A stretch of DNA of 36,311 nt from an uncultured Candidatus Saccharibacteria bacterium (GTDB taxonomy: Bacteria > Patescibacteriota > WWE3 > 9FT-COMBO-53-11). Numbering within the stretch: position 1 is the stretch's first letter; each line of letters starts with the position of its first letter. Of this stretch, positions 7,440-15,809 are shown in pieces. The notes under the pieces are model-generated. The model saw only the letters and a list, made by a program, of their open reading frames with translations. It made no database searches and was not told where the DNA came from. The DNA is taken from NCBI GenBank assembly GCA_964512075.1, contig CAZEID010000011.1, positions 1 to 36,311 on the forward strand. The letters are read 5' to 3'. Both the position numbers and the translations under genes were made by a program.

Positions 7440-9204
7440 TTACGAGTTGGTCGAAGAGCAATCCCGATTAACGGCGCTGGCGCGCGAACTATCCGCCGAG
7501 CCGATTATTTCTCTCGACGTGGAGGGGACCAGTTTGGATCCGCATTCGGCTAAACTACTCCTTTTCCAATTGGCAACGCCCCAAAAAGCTTACCTCTTTG
7601 ATGTTCGCCACCTAGACTTGCGCCCCCTGGGGGGAATTTTGGCTGACCAGAAAATCCTCAAATTGCTCCAGAATGCCAAGTTTGACTACGGGATGTTGAA
7701 AGCTAACTTTGGCTTAGAGATTGCCAACATTTTTGACACGATGTTGGCGGAGCGAGTTCTGACCTGCGGCCTTACTAAGATGGGGGATCTATCGTTGGCC
7801 ACCTTGGCGAGCAAGTATCTTCAGGTGGAGCTCTCCAAGGAGATTCGGGAGAGCTTCGCCGGTCACTTCCGAAACTTCTTCTCGAAGAAGCAGCTTGAGT
7901 ACGCCGCCGCGGATGTACTAGTTCTTTTTCCGATTTACACGGCCCAGAAGGAGAAGTTGGCAAGGGAGAGCTTGACCAAAATCGCTCAACTAGAGTTCGA
8001 TTTGGTACCGGTGGTGGCCGAGATGGAGCTGCGGGGGTTTTTGATTGATGTCAAAAAATGGCGGGAAACGATCGCCGAGTACCGGCGGAAGGCCGAAGAG
8101 GTGGATCGAAAAATGCAGGAAGAATTGCGCCCCTACTCCAAAGCGACTCAGCGGGATCTCTTTGGAAACCACGCGCAGGTAGTGAATCTTAATTCTCCCA
8201 CTCAAATTTTAGAGGCCTTTCGCCGCGTGGGATTGGATCTTCCTTCCACGGGGGAGGAAGTGTTGGTGCGCCACGACCACCCGTTGGCCAAACTGCTTTT
8301 GGAGTACCGGCAGTACGAAAAGATTATCAGCGCCTTCGGGGAGAATCTTCTTTCCAAGATTAATCCGAAAACGGGGCGGATTCACCCTGACTACATGCAA
8401 ATCGGAGCGGATACCGGCCGCTTTGCTTGTTCCAATCCTAATCTGCAGCAAATTCCCGCGGAATCCCTCTTTCGCAGCTGTTTTATTGCTTCGCCGGGGC
8501 ACAAGTTGATCGTAGCCGACTATTCCCAAATTGAGCTTCGGATTATGGCGGAATTTTCGGAGGATCCGGTTTTCTTAAAGGCTTTCGAGGAAGACCAGGA
8601 TTTGCACGTGCTAACTGCCTCGCAGATGTTCGGGATTCCGCCGGAGCAGGTTACCAAGGAGCGGCGCTTTCAGGCTAAATCAATTAATTTTGGGCTGATG
8701 TACGGTCGGGGGGCGAGATCGCTTGCGGTCCAGCTAGGGGTTTCCGAGGAGGAAGCCCGGCGCTTGTTGGACAAATATTTTCACCAATACCAGCGGGTGA
8801 AGGCCTGGTTGGATCGAGTGGCGCGGGAATCAGTTCGGCGGGGTTATAGTCAAACCTTGGGGGGGCGGAAGCGCTACTTCGAGAAGATCAGTCCCGCTGA
8901 TCCCAACTATGATCGGCAAGTTGCCTACATTGAGCGGCAGGGGAAGAACACGCCGATTCAAGGAACTTCCGCCGACATTACCAAACTTGCTCTGGTGGGG
9001 CTTTGGCGGCGCTTCAAGAAGGAGAAGCTCCGGGCGGTGCCGATCCATACTGTTCACGATGAAATTGTCGTGGAGGCCCCTCTTGAAGAAGCGGAGCAAA
9101 CTGCTAAGATTGTAGAGGAGGAGATGATTCGAGCTGGAAAGGAGCTGCTCAAGAAAGTTCCGGTCAAGGTGGACGTGGTAATCTCCCAAGTCTGGGAGCA
9201 TTAG
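7408..9204 (+). CDS. polA: Family A DNA polymerase with 3'-5' exonuclease but no 5'-3' exonuclease domain
   Basis: ExoI DVE, ExoII NAKFD, ExoIII YAAAD; motifs A DYSQIELR, B AKSINFGLMYG, C VHDEI; ATG at 7408 overlaps the end of gatB. Confidence 0.92.
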   Translation: MPELKLLPKTSYELVEEQSRLTALARELSAEPIISLDVEGTSLDPHSAKLLLFQLATPQKAYLFDVRHLDLRPLGGILADQKILKLLQNAKFDYGMLKANFGLEIANIFDTMLAERVLTCGLTKMGDLSLATLASKYLQVELSKEIRESFAGHFRNFFSKKQLEYAAADVLVLFPIYTAQKEKLARESLTKIAQLEFDLVPVVAEMELRGFLIDVKKWRETIAEYRRKAEEVDRKMQEELRPYSKATQRDLFGNHAQVVNLNSPTQILEAFRRVGLDLPSTGEEVLVRHDHPLAKLLLEYRQYEKIISAFGENLLSKINPKTGRIHPDYMQIGADTGRFACSNPNLQQIPAESLFRSCFIASPGHKLIVADYSQIELRIMAEFSEDPVFLKAFEEDQDLHVLTASQMFGIPPEQVTKERRFQAKSINFGLMYGRGARSLAVQLGVSEEEARRLLDKYFHQYQRVKAWLDRVARESVRRGYSQTLGGRKRYFEKISPADPNYDRQVAYIERQGKNTPIQGTSADITKLALVGLWRRFKKEKLRAVPIHTVHDEIVVEAPLEEAEQTAKIVEEEMIRAGKELLKKVPVKVDVVISQVWEH

Positions 9205-9214
9205 CAAAGGTATC

Positions 9215-9242
9215 TTGACATTGCTAAAGATTGCGCTAGCCT
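9215..9242 (+). promoter_or_regulatory. Candidate sigma70 promoter of the clp-rplS-rnhB unit
   Basis: TTGACA-16 nt-TAGCCT. Confidence 0.45.
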
Positions 9243-9251
9243 AATTATGAA

Positions 9252-11324
9252 ATGATTTGCGAAAACTGCGGGAAAAGACCAGCTGTTTTTCAGACCCACC
9301 AACTAATAGATGGGCGGCCAACGATTGTTTACCTCTGCGAAGTTTGCGCAGAAGAGCTCCAGTCGGGCGGGCGGCGGACTTCCTTTTTGGATCAATACGG
9401 TCGGGATATCACCGCTTTAGCGGAGCAGGGAAAACTAGATCCCGTGATTGGTCGGAAGACCGAAATTGATCGGGTGATCCACATCCTCTCCCGTCGAACC
9501 AAAAACAACCCCGTGCTGATCGGCGATCCGGGAGTCGGCAAAACTGCGATTGTGGAAGGTCTCGCCCAGCGGATTATCGATGGTTCGGTGCCGGAGACCC
9601 TCCGGGGCAAGCGGATTGTAGCGTTGGACTTGGCGCTGATGTTGGCGGGAGCTTCCCACCGCGGGGAGTTTGAGGAGCGCCTCAAGAAGTCGTTGGAAGA
9701 GGTGCGGCAGGCCAAGGGGGAAATTATCCTCTTTATTGATGAGTTGCATACGGTGGTGGGGGCGGGAGCGGCCCAAGGGGCAATCGACGCCTCCAATATG
9801 CTCAAGCCGGCCCTTGCCCGGGGAGAGTTGCAGTGTATCGGTGCGACTACTCTTGATGAATATCGCCGCTACGTTGAGAAGGACGGCGCTCTTGAGCGCC
9901 GGTTCCAGCCGGTGATGGTAGTGGAGCCCACTCGGGAAGAATCCCTGGAAATTTTACGGGGATTGCGGTCGCGCTACGAAGAACACCACCGCGTTCGGAT
10001 TACTGAAGAAGCCTTGAAGCAGGCGGTGGAGTTATCCGATCGCTACATCGCGGACCGGTTTCTCCCCGACAAGGCGATTGATCTGCTGGATGAAGCTTGT
10101 GCGAAGAAGCGGTTGGAAAACATCGCGATGGCACCCGCGGGATTGAATAAGATTTCAGAGGAGCTGCAGCGTTTGCAGGATAAGCCTCGGAAGACCTTGG
10201 CGGAGATGGAGCGGATTGAGGAATTAACTGAGCACTACGGCAAAGAAGTGGCGGGATGGCGACGGCGGCGGATGGAAAGCATCCCGGAGGTCAGCGGTCA
10301 AGATATTGCTAAGGTGGTGGCGGCCATTACAGGAATTCCGGTAGAAGATTTAACTGAAGATGAGCGGGAGCGGCTGGCTAAGTTGGAGAAGCGGTTGCAC
10401 GAGCGGATTGTGGGTCAGGAGGAGGCGGTGAGAGCGGTCGCGGCGGCCATTCGACGGGCGCGGGCGGGGTTGAAGGACGTCAATCGCCCCATCGGTTCGT
10501 TCATCTTTCTCGGTCCAACTGGCGTGGGTAAGACCGAGCTAGCGAAGGCCCTCGCCGAAGCCCTTTATGGTGACGAAAACTTAATGATTCGGCTCGATAT
10601 GTCCGAATACGGCGAGCGGCACACGGTTTCCCGAATGATTGGCTCACCTCCCGGTTATGTTGGTTATGAAGAGGGAGGGCAATTAACCGAAGCGGTTCGG
10701 CGGAAGCCGTTCTCGGTAATTCTTCTCGACGAGATTGAGAAAGCCCACCCGGACGTCTTTAATATTCTTCTGCAGATTTTGGAAGATGGGCGCCTTACGG
10801 ATGCTCACGGCAAGACGGTGGACTTCAAGAATACGGTACTAATCCTAACCTCCAATGTGGGAACTGCCGCGATTTCGGAGATGCGGGTTGGTTTCGGGGC
10901 CGAGAAGGAAAACCGCCGAAGCTACGAAGAGATTAAGAATGAGCTGCTTTCTCAGTTGCAGAAGAGTTTTCGGCCGGAGTTCCTGAACCGGATTGACGAG
11001 ATTGTCGTTTTCCACCCGTTAGACGAGGAGGATGTTCGGAAGATTGCGGAACTGCTGGTGGAGAAGAGTAGAAAGATAATGGCCTCTCGAGGAATTCGCT
11101 TGGAGGTGACGCCAAAAGCCATTAGTTTTCTGGCCAAGAAAGGCTTTGACCCGGATTTGGGCGCTCGGCCTCTCCGGCGGCTGATTCAGCGGGAGATCGA
11201 GGATCCAATCTCTAATGGGATTATCGCTGGCGAATACAAGGAAGGAAGCACCGTTGTGGTGGACCTGGTGGGGGGTAAATTGACCTTCCAATTGTTGAAG
11301 AAGCGGGTAAGTCTTAAAGTCTGA
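9252..11324 (+). CDS. Class 1 Clp ATPase with N-terminal C4 zinc finger (ClpE-like architecture)
   Basis: CENC...CEVC N-terminus; two AAA+ modules ([13 protein letters not shown]; [17 protein letters not shown]); MRVGF ClpP-binding-type loop. Confidence 0.92.
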   Translation: MICENCGKRPAVFQTHQLIDGRPTIVYLCEVCAEELQSGGRRTSFLDQYGRDITALAEQGKLDPVIGRKTEIDRVIHILSRRTKNNPVLIGDPGVGKTAIVEGLAQRIIDGSVPETLRGKRIVALDLALMLAGASHRGEFEERLKKSLEEVRQAKGEIILFIDELHTVVGAGAAQGAIDASNMLKPALARGELQCIGATTLDEYRRYVEKDGALERRFQPVMVVEPTREESLEILRGLRSRYEEHHRVRITEEALKQAVELSDRYIADRFLPDKAIDLLDEACAKKRLENIAMAPAGLNKISEELQRLQDKPRKTLAEMERIEELTEHYGKEVAGWRRRRMESIPEVSGQDIAKVVAAITGIPVEDLTEDERERLAKLEKRLHERIVGQEEAVRAVAAAIRRARAGLKDVNRPIGSFIFLGPTGVGKTELAKALAEALYGDENLMIRLDMSEYGERHTVSRMIGSPPGYVGYEEGGQLTEAVRRKPFSVILLDEIEKAHPDVFNILLQILEDGRLTDAHGKTVDFKNTVLILTSNVGTAAISEMRVGFGAEKENRRSYEEIKNELLSQLQKSFRPEFLNRIDEIVVFHPLDEEDVRKIAELLVEKSRKIMASRGIRLEVTPKAISFLAKKGFDPDLGARPLRRLIQREIEDPISNGIIAGEYKEGSTVVVDLVGGKLTFQLLKKRVSLKV

Positions 11325-11641
11325 TGGAGGAGAAAGAAGCTTCCCCGATCCCGAATTTTCGGCCGGGGGATACTCTCAAGGTGTTTTACAAAGTTCGGGA
11401 GGAGGGGAAAGAGCGGGTTCAACCGTTCGAGGGAATTTTAATTGCCCAAAAAGGGGCGGGGATTTCTCGGACGATTACGATTCGCAAGATCGCTTCGCTG
11501 GGGATCGGGGTGGAGCGGATTTTTCCCCTGCACTCTCCCAACCTCACCAAAATCGAAGTGGTGAAGCGGGGGCGGGTTCGGCGAGCTAAATTGAACTACC
11601 TGCGGAAAAGTTCTTCTCTGCGAGTAAGCTCGGCTCAGTGA
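11324..11641 (+). CDS. rplS: 50S ribosomal protein L19
   Basis: [35 protein letters not shown]. Confidence 0.97.
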   Translation: MEEKEASPIPNFRPGDTLKVFYKVREEGKERVQPFEGILIAQKGAGISRTITIRKIASLGIGVERIFPLHSPNLTKIEVVKRGRVRRAKLNYLRKSSSLRVSSAQ

Positions 11642-12255
11642 CTAACCTCCGACCGTCTTTTTCCTTTGAGCATCGTCTTTGGGAGGTGGGCTTAAGCCGG
11701 GTGGCGGGAGTGGATGAAGTTGGCCGCGGGGCCTGGGCCGGGCCGCTCTTGGCCGCGGCGGTGATCTTTCCTCCCCAAATGCGCTTGCCGTTTCGGTTAG
11801 CGGATTCCAAACAGCTCTCCCCGGTTCAGCGGGAGGAGCTAGTTGGGGTGATTAAGGAAAAAGCCTTGGGTTGGGCTGTTTCTCAAGTGGAGGTTGATTT
11901 TATCGAAGAGCAAGGAATTTCGGCTGCGACGGTTCGGGCAATGCAGTCGGCTCTGGAGAACCTAGCCGAGCCGCCGGAGTTTGTCTTGGTGGATTACTTC
12001 CGGCTCTCCTCTTGGCCAGCGGAGAAGCAAAATCCTATTAAATTTGGCGACCGGCTTTCCAATTCGATTGCGGCCGCTTCGATTTTGGCAAAGGTGGCGC
12101 GAGATCAGCTGATGCGGGAATTGGGGAAGCAGTATCCGCAGTACGGATTTGAGGTTCACAAAGGTTACGGGACCCGCTTACACCGGCAACGGATTGAGGA
12201 ACACGGGCTCTGCCAACTTCACCGGCGAAGCTTTATTCCGGAGGGATTGTTATAG
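11638..12255 (+). CDS. rnhB: Ribonuclease HII
   Basis: [35 protein letters not shown]. Confidence 0.97.
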   Translation: MTNLRPSFSFEHRLWEVGLSRVAGVDEVGRGAWAGPLLAAAVIFPPQMRLPFRLADSKQLSPVQREELVGVIKEKALGWAVSQVEVDFIEEQGISAATVRAMQSALENLAEPPEFVLVDYFRLSSWPAEKQNPIKFGDRLSNSIAAASILAKVARDQLMRELGKQYPQYGFEVHKGYGTRLHRQRIEEHGLCQLHRRSFIPEGLL

Positions 12256-12276
12256 TATATTAGTATACTGTAACGG

Positions 12277-12708
12277 GTGCCGATGACGATAAAGGAAGTT
12301 TGGGGTCGGCTCAAGATTAAGTTGGCAAGGGTTTCCCGGTCCCGAGAAGTTTCGAACTTGGGGAGTTACGGCGAAAAGTTGGCGAGCGAATTTCTTATGA
12401 AGAAAGGCTTCCGGCTGGTTGAAAAGAATTTTAGGACTCCCCGGTGGGGCGAGATTGATCTGGTGATGCGGGATGGGGACACGCTCGTTTTTGTGGAGGT
12501 TAAGACCCGGAGCGAATCCTCGGCGGTGGTCTACGGCGGTCCGTTAGGGGCAATCCACCCTCACAAGTTGGAAGCGCTAAAACGGGCGGCCCAGTTTTAC
12601 CTCTCTTCTAAAAAACTGGATCGGGAGGCGGCGCGGATCGACGCGGTTTCGGTGGTGATTTCCCCGGAGACGGAGCCGGCGATTGAACACTTTCTTAATA
12701 TCGCCTAG
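12277..12708 (+). CDS. yraN: YraN (UPF0102) family nuclease-fold protein
   Basis: G..GE, GEIDLV, LVFVEVKTR; follows rnhB. Confidence 0.92.
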   Translation: MPMTIKEVWGRLKIKLARVSRSREVSNLGSYGEKLASEFLMKKGFRLVEKNFRTPRWGEIDLVMRDGDTLVFVEVKTRSESSAVVYGGPLGAIHPHKLEALKRAAQFYLSSKKLDREAARIDAVSVVISPETEPAIEHFLNIA

Positions 12709-12722
12709 AATTAACCTTCGTC

Positions 12723-12731
12723 TGCTAAACT
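12723..12731 (+). promoter_or_regulatory. Extended -10 promoter upstream of the tRNA cluster
   Basis: TG-C-TAAACT ending 16 nt before the outer tRNA 5' end. Confidence 0.5.
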
Positions 12732-12786
12732 TATAAAAGGGATTTATGCCCCCGTAGCTTAGTGGGACGCGATCTTCTGCTCGCTA

Positions 12787-12824
12787 CTCTCGTCTGTCGA
12801 GAGCTAGGTCGCATAACGACCGTC
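12787..12824 (-). repeat. GAC-hairpin-TAG mini-element nested in antisense orientation inside the D-loop insertion
   Basis: Minus strand CGAGAG|GAC GGTCG-TTATG-CGACC TAG CTCTCG ACAGA CGAGAG|TA. Confidence 0.7.
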
Positions 12825-12875
12825 CTCTCGCAGAAGCGAGATAAAGTAGCGGCCTTGGATGTGATACCGCCGCGG

Positions 12876-12949
12876 GGGCCTGTAGCTTAGTGGTAAAGCA
12901 GCGGCCTTTTAAGCCGTTTACCAGGGTTCGATTCCCTGCAGGCCCACCA
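12876..12949 (+). tRNA. tRNA-Lys(TTT), nested inside the interrupted tRNA
   Basis: Acceptor GGGCCTG/CAGGCCC, arm GCGGC-CTTTTAA-GCCGT, CAGGG-TTCGATT-CCCTG, ACCA. Confidence 0.95.
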
Positions 12950-13048
12950 GTATCACTAATCTCGCCAAAGGCGAGATAAGCCGTTTACTAAGGAACACCG
13001 CAGGTGTGGTCGCGAGGAGCGACCGCTCAATTCCCTGCGGGGGTACCA

Positions 13049-13123
13049 GGCCCCGTCGTCTAGCGGTGCGGACACTGCCCCTTCAAGGCAGAAATACGGG
13101 TTCGACTCCCGTCGGGGCCACCA
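13049..13123 (+). tRNA. tRNA-Glu(TTC), with C at position 33
   Basis: Acceptor GGCCCCG/CGGGGCC, arm CTGCC-CCTTCAA-GGCAG, ACGGG-TTCGACT-CCCGT, ACCA. Confidence 0.9.
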
Positions 13124-13134
13124 AGACACTTGCG

Positions 13135-13293
13135 TTAGTTTAATTTTCCTAGTATTCTTGGAGAAACCTTTCTACGTAGTGCTTTTGCGATCTTAGAAAG
13201 TGTTTCAGTCGAAGGATTGCGCTCACCGCGCTCGATGTAGCCGATGCAAGCTCGATTGAGACCGGATTCCAGCGCGACTTGTTCTTGGGTCAT
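13135..13293 (-). CDS. XRE-family helix-turn-helix regulator, probably N-terminally truncated (52 aa; absent from the ORF track)
   Basis: MTQEQVALESGLNRACIGYIERGERNPSTETLSKIAKAL; the upstream in-frame GKKITAIRSERG is preceded by TAG with no start codon. Confidence 0.75.
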   Translation of the reverse strand: MTQEQVALESGLNRACIGYIERGERNPSTETLSKIAKALRRKVSPRILGKLN

Positions 13294-13389
13294 TCCGCGC
13301 TCTGATCTGATTGCCGTTATCTTTTTACCACATCTCTAATGTGGCTTATTCTCTACCCCCGGTCGACTTACCAGTGGTATACTTCCGGT

Positions 13390-14415
13390 GTGAAAATACA
13401 GAAGAAGGCAATTATCTTTGCGCTTATCGCTGGTTTGCTGGCTGTGCCACTTGTTATCTGGCTTTTGACGCGATCTCCGTTGAGTTTGGAACAGAAAGTA
13501 GGGCAGATGTTTATGCTTGGGTTTAACGGCATAAAACCTGATTACTACATAACCAAGGCTCTCAAACAGCGTAATTTTGGAGGTGTAATTCTCCTTGGCT
13601 ACAACATCGAACAACCCAATCAACTAAAAGAATTAACTAGTGATCTAACCGGAATACCCGAAACCAAGCCTTTTATTGCAGTAGATCAAGAAGGAAACTT
13701 GGTTGCACGCGTGAAATTTGAGCCCACAGCAAAAGTTTCCCAATCGGATTTGAAGAATGGAGAGGAAGCATACGATACAGCCTTCAAGCGTGGGGCTTAT
13801 CTGAAAGAGATGGGGATAAATCTAAACTTAGCACCAGTTGTGGATCTTGCTACTTCGGAAAGCGCGAACATTTGGAGCAGAGCTTTCCGAAAAGACCATG
13901 GAATATTTGGTGACGCAATGATTAGAGGTTGTAATGACGCTGGTATTTACTGCGTTGTAAAGCACTTCCCATCCTATGGAAATTTCTCCGGAGATGTTGA
14001 GAAAGAGATACCTCGGAAAGAACTAAGCGCTGGAGAGGTTGCTGTTTTTAAAGAGGCGTTGAAGAATGCGAAATTTCTAATGATCTCTCCTGTAATTGCT
14101 ACAAACATCGACCCGGATAACCCCGCTCCAATTTCGGAAAAGGCAATTAAATTTATCAGGGAGAATCTCGGATTCAAAGGACTAATCATTACGGATGATG
14201 TGGAGATGGTTTCTATAAGATCCAATTACAATCCGGTCCAATTCGCAGCAGATGCGATTAAGGCGGGTGTGGACATGGTTCTGTTCTCTGGTAATCCCCA
14301 AGATGCCGCCGATGCTTACGATTTGGTAGTTGAGAAAGTTGAGAGTGGGGAAATATCAGGGAAAAGAATTAATGAGTCCGTTAAACGAATTCTCGGTTTA
14401 AAGAAGTCTCTATGA
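13390..14415 (+). CDS. Membrane-anchored GH3 glycoside hydrolase (NagZ-like)
   Basis: KVGQM, GGVIL, AVDQEG, NLAPVVD, KHFP, ITDD; GTG start chosen because TGgTATACT lies 6 nt upstream. Confidence 0.85.
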   Translation: MKIQKKAIIFALIAGLLAVPLVIWLLTRSPLSLEQKVGQMFMLGFNGIKPDYYITKALKQRNFGGVILLGYNIEQPNQLKELTSDLTGIPETKPFIAVDQEGNLVARVKFEPTAKVSQSDLKNGEEAYDTAFKRGAYLKEMGINLNLAPVVDLATSESANIWSRAFRKDHGIFGDAMIRGCNDAGIYCVVKHFPSYGNFSGDVEKEIPRKELSAGEVAVFKEALKNAKFLMISPVIATNIDPDNPAPISEKAIKFIRENLGFKGLIITDDVEMVSIRSNYNPVQFAADAIKAGVDMVLFSGNPQDAADAYDLVVEKVESGEISGKRINESVKRILGLKKSL

Positions 14416-14651
14416 AAATTTCGGGAAGAATATTTAAAATTGCCGGAATAACCAGCTTAATAACGCTTGCTTTGGGAGCTTGGTATTATTTTGGTTGGTA
14501 TACGAACCCTAGAGAAGTTAGGGCGCGTTGCTGGAGGGAAGCTGATGGTAAAGTAAAGGAGGTTGAGTTTGGAATCTACGGCAGACCTCGGGAATGGGTG
14601 GAAAACTATTACGACGGTTGCCTTAGGTGGAATGGGATTGAACCGAAATGA
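14412..14651 (+). CDS. Small single-TM protein with a Cys pair
   Basis: TM helix, then RARC...YYDGCLRWNG; overlaps both neighbours by 4 nt. Confidence 0.7.
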   Translation: MKISGRIFKIAGITSLITLALGAWYYFGWYTNPREVRARCWREADGKVKEVEFGIYGRPREWVENYYDGCLRWNGIEPK

Positions 14652-15076
14652 TTAAAAAGATTCTTTTAGTTTTAGGAGTAATCGTTATTCTTTTCGCCGG
14701 TGTGAACACCGCCGCCGCTATTAATTCCTCGATTTTAGATGCAATTTCAGGACTACCATTAAGCGATCAGATTCTTTTTATCGCTAAGGAGGTAGACCGT
14801 CTTAAACTCAAAGATGAGTTAAGAGATGCTTGCGACCTAGCTGATGGGCTTTTTAGGGTCCCAACTGATTTTCAGCACTTCCGCGTTGCAAGTATGTCGG
14901 TTCCGTGGAATCTCCAACATGTTAAAGATAACTATCAAATGATAGTCGAACTTTTTGGTGAGCAGGAAGCGCAGTTTGTTCTGTCTTTTTATCAGGAGAG
15001 AACTGATAGCTATCTATCCGCCAAAGCTGACTGCGACCGCTTAACTGAGGAGTTTAATCAGAAGTATGGGGACTAA
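14648..15076 (+). CDS. Secreted/anchored helical protein, tandem paralogue 1
   Basis: Signal-like N-terminus; ends nearly identical to those of the next ORF. Confidence 0.8.
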   Translation: MIKKILLVLGVIVILFAGVNTAAAINSSILDAISGLPLSDQILFIAKEVDRLKLKDELRDACDLADGLFRVPTDFQHFRVASMSVPWNLQHVKDNYQMIVELFGEQEAQFVLSFYQERTDSYLSAKADCDRLTEEFNQKYGD

Positions 15077-15077
15077 A

Positions 15078-15488
15078 GTGCTTAAGAAAATCTTGATTGG
15101 TTTAGGAATTCTCATTGTACTTTTTGCCGGAATAAACACTGCCGCAGCTCTTAGTTCTTCTGTTTTAGATGCAATTTCGGGACTACCATTAAGCGATCAG
15201 GTTCTTTTTATCGCTAAAGAAGTTGATCGGCTCAAACTTAAAGACGAGCTTCGCGATGTTTGTGATTCAGTGGATGAGCTTTCGAAATTTCCTTCCCCAT
15301 TGCCAAGCGATTACCAAGGTCCGGGTGGTATCACCCACAACCCATTACCTCAAATGGTTGAATATGTTGGGGGAGATCTCGAGGAGTGGTTGGGGGCAAC
15401 TCTTATCAAACAGTATCAGAACTATTTAATTGCTAAATCCGATTGCGATCGTTTGACCGAAGAGTTTAACCAGAAATACGGCGATTAG
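15078..15488 (+). CDS. Secreted/anchored helical protein, tandem paralogue 2
   Basis: GTG at 15078 aligns with the start of paralogue 1; shared LDAISGLPLSDQ and CDRLTEEFNQKYGD. Confidence 0.8.
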   Translation: MLKKILIGLGILIVLFAGINTAAALSSSVLDAISGLPLSDQVLFIAKEVDRLKLKDELRDVCDSVDELSKFPSPLPSDYQGPGGITHNPLPQMVEYVGGDLEEWLGATLIKQYQNYLIAKSDCDRLTEEFNQKYGD

Positions 15489-15753
15489 GTTGCCAGATTA
15501 GGAGCATAAAACAGCTGGGTAGTTGTTCTCCATAAGGTTCTAACTTCGTCCGCCAAGGACTGCCTAGATTCTACTAACCTCTGGCAATCGCTACTGAAGT
15601 AACAGGGGAGTCGCTAACCTTTCCCAAAGTCGCCCAATTCTTCAGATCAAGAATAATCTGGTTCCAATGGTGAACTACTTGTGCCACCACCGAGTCAAAC
15701 CCGGTTTGCTTGACGGGGTGAATCGCGTCAGACGCATCTAGCACTTCCATGGG

Positions 15754-15791
15754 AAAAGAAAAACCCCTGGATGATCGGACGATCCAGGGGT
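15754..15791 (-). terminator. Intrinsic terminator of the lipoprotein gene
   Basis: 10-bp stem ACCCCTGGAT/ATCCAGGGGT followed on the minus strand by a T-rich tract. Confidence 0.8.
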
Positions 15792-15809
15792 GGGGAAGTC
15801 GGAATTCCC

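Larger units (their letters stand above)
12748..13048 (+). other. Interrupted tRNA gene or pseudo-tRNA (Thr-TGT or Arg-TCT depending on junction) with three structured insertions, one containing tRNA-Lys
   Basis: Pieces GCCCCCGTAGCTTAGTGG / (A)TAAAGTAGCGGCCTT(G) / TAAGCCGTTTACTAAGG / TCAATTCCCTGCGGGGGTACCA assemble into a cloverleaf with encoded CCA. Confidence 0.75.
13117..15689. mobile_element. Possible decayed genomic islet integrated at the tRNA-Glu 3' end
   Basis: Visibly AT-richer genes, XRE remnant, GCCACCA direct repeat at 13117-13123 and 15683-15689; no integrase present. Confidence 0.4.

Noticed and set aside
12766-13025. Group I/II or strict bulge-helix-bulge introns
   Set aside because: Too short and no ribozyme core visible; some 3-4-nt bulges can be drawn, but I could not build a clean 3-4-3 BHB, and one nested unit is antisense
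12985-13030. IS608-like ends (TTAC ... TCAA) around the T-arm insert
   Set aside because: Both tetramers are ordinary tRNA sequence, and excision there would delete the T-arm
15481-15591. Long-range inverted repeat TTGCCAGA/TCTGGCAA as ncRNA or MITE
   Set aside because: Short, single copy, no supporting internal structure
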